Source of the DNA: Aquificaceae bacterium
GTDB taxonomy: Bacteria > Aquificota > Aquificia > Aquificales > Aquificaceae
Assembly: GCA_039630345.1 (NCBI GenBank)
Contig: JBCNVD010000009.1
Span: 1 to 51,042, forward strand
DNA: 51,042 nt
Direction: 5' to 3'
Positions 47,734 to 51,042 of the stretch are shown here, in pieces. The notes beneath the pieces are model-generated. The model had not been told where the DNA came from and did no database searches. It worked only from the letters and a program-made list of their open reading frames with translations. Numbering within the stretch: position 1 is the first letter of the stretch; each line of letters starts with the position of its first letter. The position numbers and the translations under genes are program-made.

Positions 47734-48725
47734 TCCTGTCTTGCCATAGTTAAAAACTCAAGCAGCTCTTCCTGCTTTATCCACCAGTCATTTTTGTCGC
47801 TTGAGTATTCAAAGCCTTCGTGAAGCTTTTCAAGGTCCTGTGTTTTTCTATCGTGAGGGAGGATTATAAAGTATTGTTTGCCGTCTTTTTCAAAAATATA
47901 AGTATTTCTTGACTCTTCTTTTGATATTAAAACCTCGTGAAGTTTCTCGCCGGGTCTTATGCCGATGATTTTAAACCCGCATTGAGGACATATGGCTTTT
48001 GCTATGTCCGTGACTTTTACGCTTGGGAGCTTTGGAACAAAGAGCTCTCCTCCTTTGCAGTTTTCAAGGGCAAAAATAACAAGCATCACGCCCTCTTTTA
48101 AGCTTATCCAGAAGCGTGTCATTCGCTCATCTGTTATCGGAAGCTCTTTTGCACCTTCTTTTACAAGCTTTTCAAACAGCTGTATTACGCTGCCACGAGA
48201 GGCTATCACATTGCCGTATCTAACGACGCAAAAGCGCGTTGGTTTTGAGCCTGCGTAGGCATTCCCTGCAATCAGGAGCTTTTCCATCGTTAGCTTTGTC
48301 GCCCCGTAGAGGTTAACAGGGTTTACCGCCTTGTCTGTTGAGAGGGCAACTACCTTTTTCACTCCCATCTGGATGGCGACCTCTATGATGTTTTGGGTTC
48401 CTATGATGTTGGTTTTAACCGCTTCAAAGGGGTTATATTCAAGTGTTGGAACATGCTTTAGAGCTGCGGCATGCACTACATAGTCAATGCCGTCAAAGGC
48501 AAGTCTGAGGCGGTCTTTGTCTCTTATGTCACCTATAAAAAACCTGAGACTTGGATAATTCTTTTCAGGGAAGCGCTCTTGCATTTGCCATTGCTTAAAT
48601 TCGTCCCTGCTAAATACCACAAGCCTTGAAGGTTTGTAATGTTCAAGAACATACTTTACAAACGCCTGACCGAAAGAGCCAGTGCCGCCGGTTACTAAAA
48701 TGGACTTACCATCTAAAAAACTCAT
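47730..48725 (-). CDS. pseB: UDP-N-acetylglucosamine 4,6-dehydratase (inverting)
   Basis: TGGTGSFG, SRDEFKQ, HAAALKHVP, STDKA..P.NLYGATKL, GIRPGEKLHE. Confidence 0.93.
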   Translation of the reverse strand: MSFLDGKSILVTGGTGSFGQAFVKYVLEHYKPSRLVVFSRDEFKQWQMQERFPEKNYPSLRFFIGDIRDKDRLRLAFDGIDYVVHAAALKHVPTLEYNPFEAVKTNIIGTQNIIEVAIQMGVKKVVALSTDKAVNPVNLYGATKLTMEKLLIAGNAYAGSKPTRFCVVRYGNVIASRGSVIQLFEKLVKEGAKELPITDERMTRFWISLKEGVMLVIFALENCKGGELFVPKLPSVKVTDIAKAICPQCGFKIIGIRPGEKLHEVLISKEESRNTYIFEKDGKQYFIILPHDRKTQDLEKLHEGFEYSSDKNDWWIKQEELLEFLTMARQE

Positions 48726-49735
48726 TCAAGGAGCTCCCAAGCAATTGGGGTTCCGCGACTTATATCAACGCGGGCTCTTTTTCCTAAAATTTCACCTAAG
48801 TGTTTTGGATGAAGTCCATAATTGGGGCGGATGCTTCTTACGTTGTTTTTGTCTATTTTCTCGCCCGCCTTTATATCTCTGACTGCAAAGAGACTTCTTG
48901 AGAACTTTCGCATCCTTTGTTGCTCGGGCGTTAGTTCATATGTGACTTTTCCAAGGGCCAGCTCCACCTCTCTTATGCTTTTGACCATGTTTGAAAACTC
49001 TTCTGGCTCAAGAGAAAATGGAGCATCAGGACCTCCAAGAGACCTGCTTAGTATAAAGTGCTTTTCTATGACCTTTGCACCAAGGGCTGTGGCTGCTATC
49101 GGGACTGATATGCCTTTGGTATGGTCTGAAAGCCCCACATTTACGCCAAAGGTCTCTGCCATATTTTTCATCGTAAGCAAGTTTACATGTTCAAAAGGTG
49201 TTGGGTATTCTGAAACGCACTTTAAGAGGGTTATATTCTTGTTTCCTACTTTGTAGCAGGCGTTGAGCGCAGTTTCTATGTCAGAAAGGGTTGCTATGCC
49301 GGTTGAGATTAGCACTGGCTTTTGCTTGCTTGCTATTAACTCAATAAGGGGAATGTCTGTTATTTCAAAAGAGGCGACTTTGTATATTTTTACCCCAAGA
49401 GATTCTAGCATTTCAACGGCGTTTTCGTCAAAGGGGGTGGAAAAGCACTCAAGTCCTAAACTCCTTGCGTATTCAAATAGCTTTTCGTGCCACTCTGGAG
49501 GGGTATAAGCCCTTTTGTAAAGATCATATAGATATTCCCCATCCCAGATGGTGCCTTCTGAGATTTTAAAAATGTCGGATTTGACATTTATAGTTATGCT
49601 ATCAGGGGTATAGCTCTGAAGTTTTACTGCATCTGCACCGCTTTTTTTTATGGCTTCTATGGTCTTTAGAGCAAGGTCAAGATCCTGAAGATGGTTTGCT
49701 GATAGTTCTGCTACTATAAAGACCTTGTCAAACAT
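48722..49735 (-). CDS. pseI: Pseudaminic acid synthase
   Basis: AELSANH, KVASFE, GLSDHT, IEKHF, SAF domain SIRP..GLHP. Confidence 0.92.
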   Translation of the reverse strand: MFDKVFIVAELSANHLQDLDLALKTIEAIKKSGADAVKLQSYTPDSITINVKSDIFKISEGTIWDGEYLYDLYKRAYTPPEWHEKLFEYARSLGLECFSTPFDENAVEMLESLGVKIYKVASFEITDIPLIELIASKQKPVLISTGIATLSDIETALNACYKVGNKNITLLKCVSEYPTPFEHVNLLTMKNMAETFGVNVGLSDHTKGISVPIAATALGAKVIEKHFILSRSLGGPDAPFSLEPEEFSNMVKSIREVELALGKVTYELTPEQQRMRKFSRSLFAVRDIKAGEKIDKNNVRSIRPNYGLHPKHLGEILGKRARVDISRGTPIAWELLE

Positions 49736-49745
49736 TTATTTAAGA

Positions 49746-50102
49746 TTATATTCTCTCAAGCGTGCTTTTGCAAAATGGGCAAACTTTTGCCCGCCTATGG
49801 ATTTCACTAAAGCACATAGGACAGCGCTTTTTACCTCTTAAATACAAAAACAGATTAAACTCAAATAGCGCTTTTGGCAAAAAGTATATAAGCATTATTA
49901 TAAAAACTATCACCCAGGCTTTAAGTGGCGTAAAGAGCTCAAATTTATCTACCCAGACAGTGGTTGCAGATAGTATTGCAACCCAGAAGGCAAACCTTCT
50001 CTCTAAAAATACCTGCGCAAGCAATTGCAAAACCCCAACCCAGAGAAAGAACTGAAATGTTTTATCACTTAGTAGAGCCTCAACGGCTTTCAAGCCTTCC
50101 AC
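49746..50102 (-). CDS. Membrane protein with C-terminal zinc ribbon
   Basis: 2-3 TM helices then KRCPMC.SEI...AKVCPFC. Confidence 0.75.
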   Translation of the reverse strand: MEGLKAVEALLSDKTFQFFLWVGVLQLLAQVFLERRFAFWVAILSATTVWVDKFELFTPLKAWVIVFIIMLIYFLPKALFEFNLFLYLRGKKRCPMCFSEIHRRAKVCPFCKSTLERI

Positions 50103-50307
50103 CTGAGCTTCTCCTATAAATTGCTATAAAAAATCCTAAGGCAAATAAACCTATGCAGTAAAGCGAGCTACTTGAGATAAAAAGCACAAGAAAAAGGGCA
50201 AAACTCAAGAGCTTTAGAGGGAGAGTTATAAAGTAAATGCGTAAACTCTTTGAGAGAAAGTAGCTAAGCTCTACAAAGATTAGCCCACTTAAGAGGCAAA
50301 GAGCCAC
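50080..50307 (-). CDS. Small hydrophobic membrane protein
   Basis: About 3 TM helices, GTG start 2 nt after argB stop. Confidence 0.5.
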   Translation of the reverse strand: MALCLLSGLIFVELSYFLSKSLRIYFITLPLKLLSFALFLVLFISSSSLYCIGLFALGFFIAIYRRSSGGRLESR

Positions 50308-50309
50308 GC

Positions 50310-51042
50310 TCAGGGCAGAACCTCCGTTCCTATGCCCTCGTTTGTAAAGACCTCAAGCAGGATGCTGTGTTTTACCCTTCCGTCTATTATGTGAACTTTT
50401 TTAACGCCGCTTTTAAGAGCCTCAAAAGCGCTGTAGAGCTTTGGAAGCATTCCGCCTTTGATTAGACCTCTCTCAATTAAGGATTTTGCCCCCAGAATAT
50501 CAATTGAAGAGATTGTGTTTGAGTTTTGGTCTCTTATACCCGGCGCATCGGATAGGTAAATTAGCTTGGTTGCTCTTATCTTTGTTGCTATTGCGCTGGC
50601 TACCAAATCCGCATTGATGTTATAAACTCTTCCTGAGGCGTCTATGCCAAGCGGTGCAACGACCGGCACAAAGCCCTTGTTTAGAAAAGTCTCTAGAAGC
50701 TCTGCATTAATGTCCTGAACCTCTCCTACAAAGCCAAGGTCTTCTTCAGGAACTTCCATCTTAAGCGAAGTAAAATAAACCTCTTTATCGAGGGGTTTTG
50801 CCTCTATTAAAGACGCATCTATGCCCGATAGACCTACCGCCTTTGCCCCCTGGGCGTTTATGGAGCTGGTGATGTCTTTGTTGATTTGCCCGCAAAGGAC
50901 CCTCTGAACCACTCTTATGGTCTGACTGTCAGTTTTTCTAAGACCCCCCACAAAAGAGGACTTTATGCCAAAGCGCTCGAGAGTTTCGCTGATTTGAGGA
51001 CCTCCCCCGTGGACCACTATGGGCTTTATGCCAACAAAGCTC
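50310..51042 (-). CDS. argB: Acetylglutamate kinase (5' end outside window)
   Basis: VHGGGPQI, GLR.TD, YNINAD, GGMLPK, IIDGR..HS.LLE.FT..GIGT. Confidence 0.95.
   Translation of the reverse strand, partial: SFVGIKPIVVHGGGPQISETLERFGIKSSFVGGLRKTDSQTIRVVQRVLCGQINKDITSSINAQGAKAVGLSGIDASLIEAKPLDKEVYFTSLKMEVPEEDLGFVGEVQDINAELLETFLNKGFVPVVAPLGIDASGRVYNINADLVASAIATKIRATKLIYLSDAPGIRDQNSNTISSIDILGAKSLIERGLIKGGMLPKLYSAFEALKSGVKKVHIIDGRVKHSILLEVFTNEGIGTEVLP

Larger units (their letters stand above)
2098..48048. repeat. Dispersed palindromic octamer AGAGCTCT (at least 29 copies)
   Basis: Starts found by eye: 2098, 2996, 4246, 8135, 13883, 18217, 18910, 20120, 20495, 21121, 23753, 25734, 26181, 26884, 26895, 28547, 28726, 29028, 29687, 30852, 31959, 33117, 33331, 34792, 36114, 36419, 39812, 47136, 48041. 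Confidence 0.75.

Noticed and set aside
30..50055. Numerous 60-165 aa antisense or alternate-frame ORFs (e.g. 24297-24794, 48822-49256, 23204-23569)
   Set aside because: Lie within well-supported genes, no motifs, typical shadow ORFs
1..51042. CRISPR arrays, rRNA, tRNA, IS elements, prophage
   Set aside because: No spaced direct repeats, cloverleafs, transposase or phage genes seen; intergenic gaps are mostly too short

Overview
Gene-dense chromosomal segment (about 65 CDS, intergenic gaps mostly under 50 bp, many overlaps) from a thermophilic chemolithoautotroph, most likely Aquificaceae. This rests on a citryl-CoA synthetase large subunit, a stand-alone 5'-3' exonuclease, a short WaaA and a scrambled housekeeping gene order. 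Content is mainly housekeeping (panD, miaA, thiE, sucD, gmk, serA, ispF, guaA, murD, waaA, ino1, argF, dnaK, hemW, rodA, rpoD, purE, ctaA/ctaB, pseI/B/C, partial argB). I saw no rRNA, tRNA, CRISPR, IS or prophage. Most interesting: (1) a 147-aa half-size protein keeping the apparent Cys plus His-x3-His/Glu active-site set of sulfur oxygenase reductase, behind a LysR-type operator; (2) a highly iterated palindrome AGAGCTCT (at least 29 copies, all reading frames), reminiscent of cyanobacterial HIP1; (3) a heme-copper oxidase subunit I paralog lacking a full CuB site, coupled to heme A synthesis genes; (4) pervasive leaderless and bidirectional -10 architecture; (5) several apparent pseudo-enzymes. 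All protein assignments come from motif recognition by eye, not database searches.
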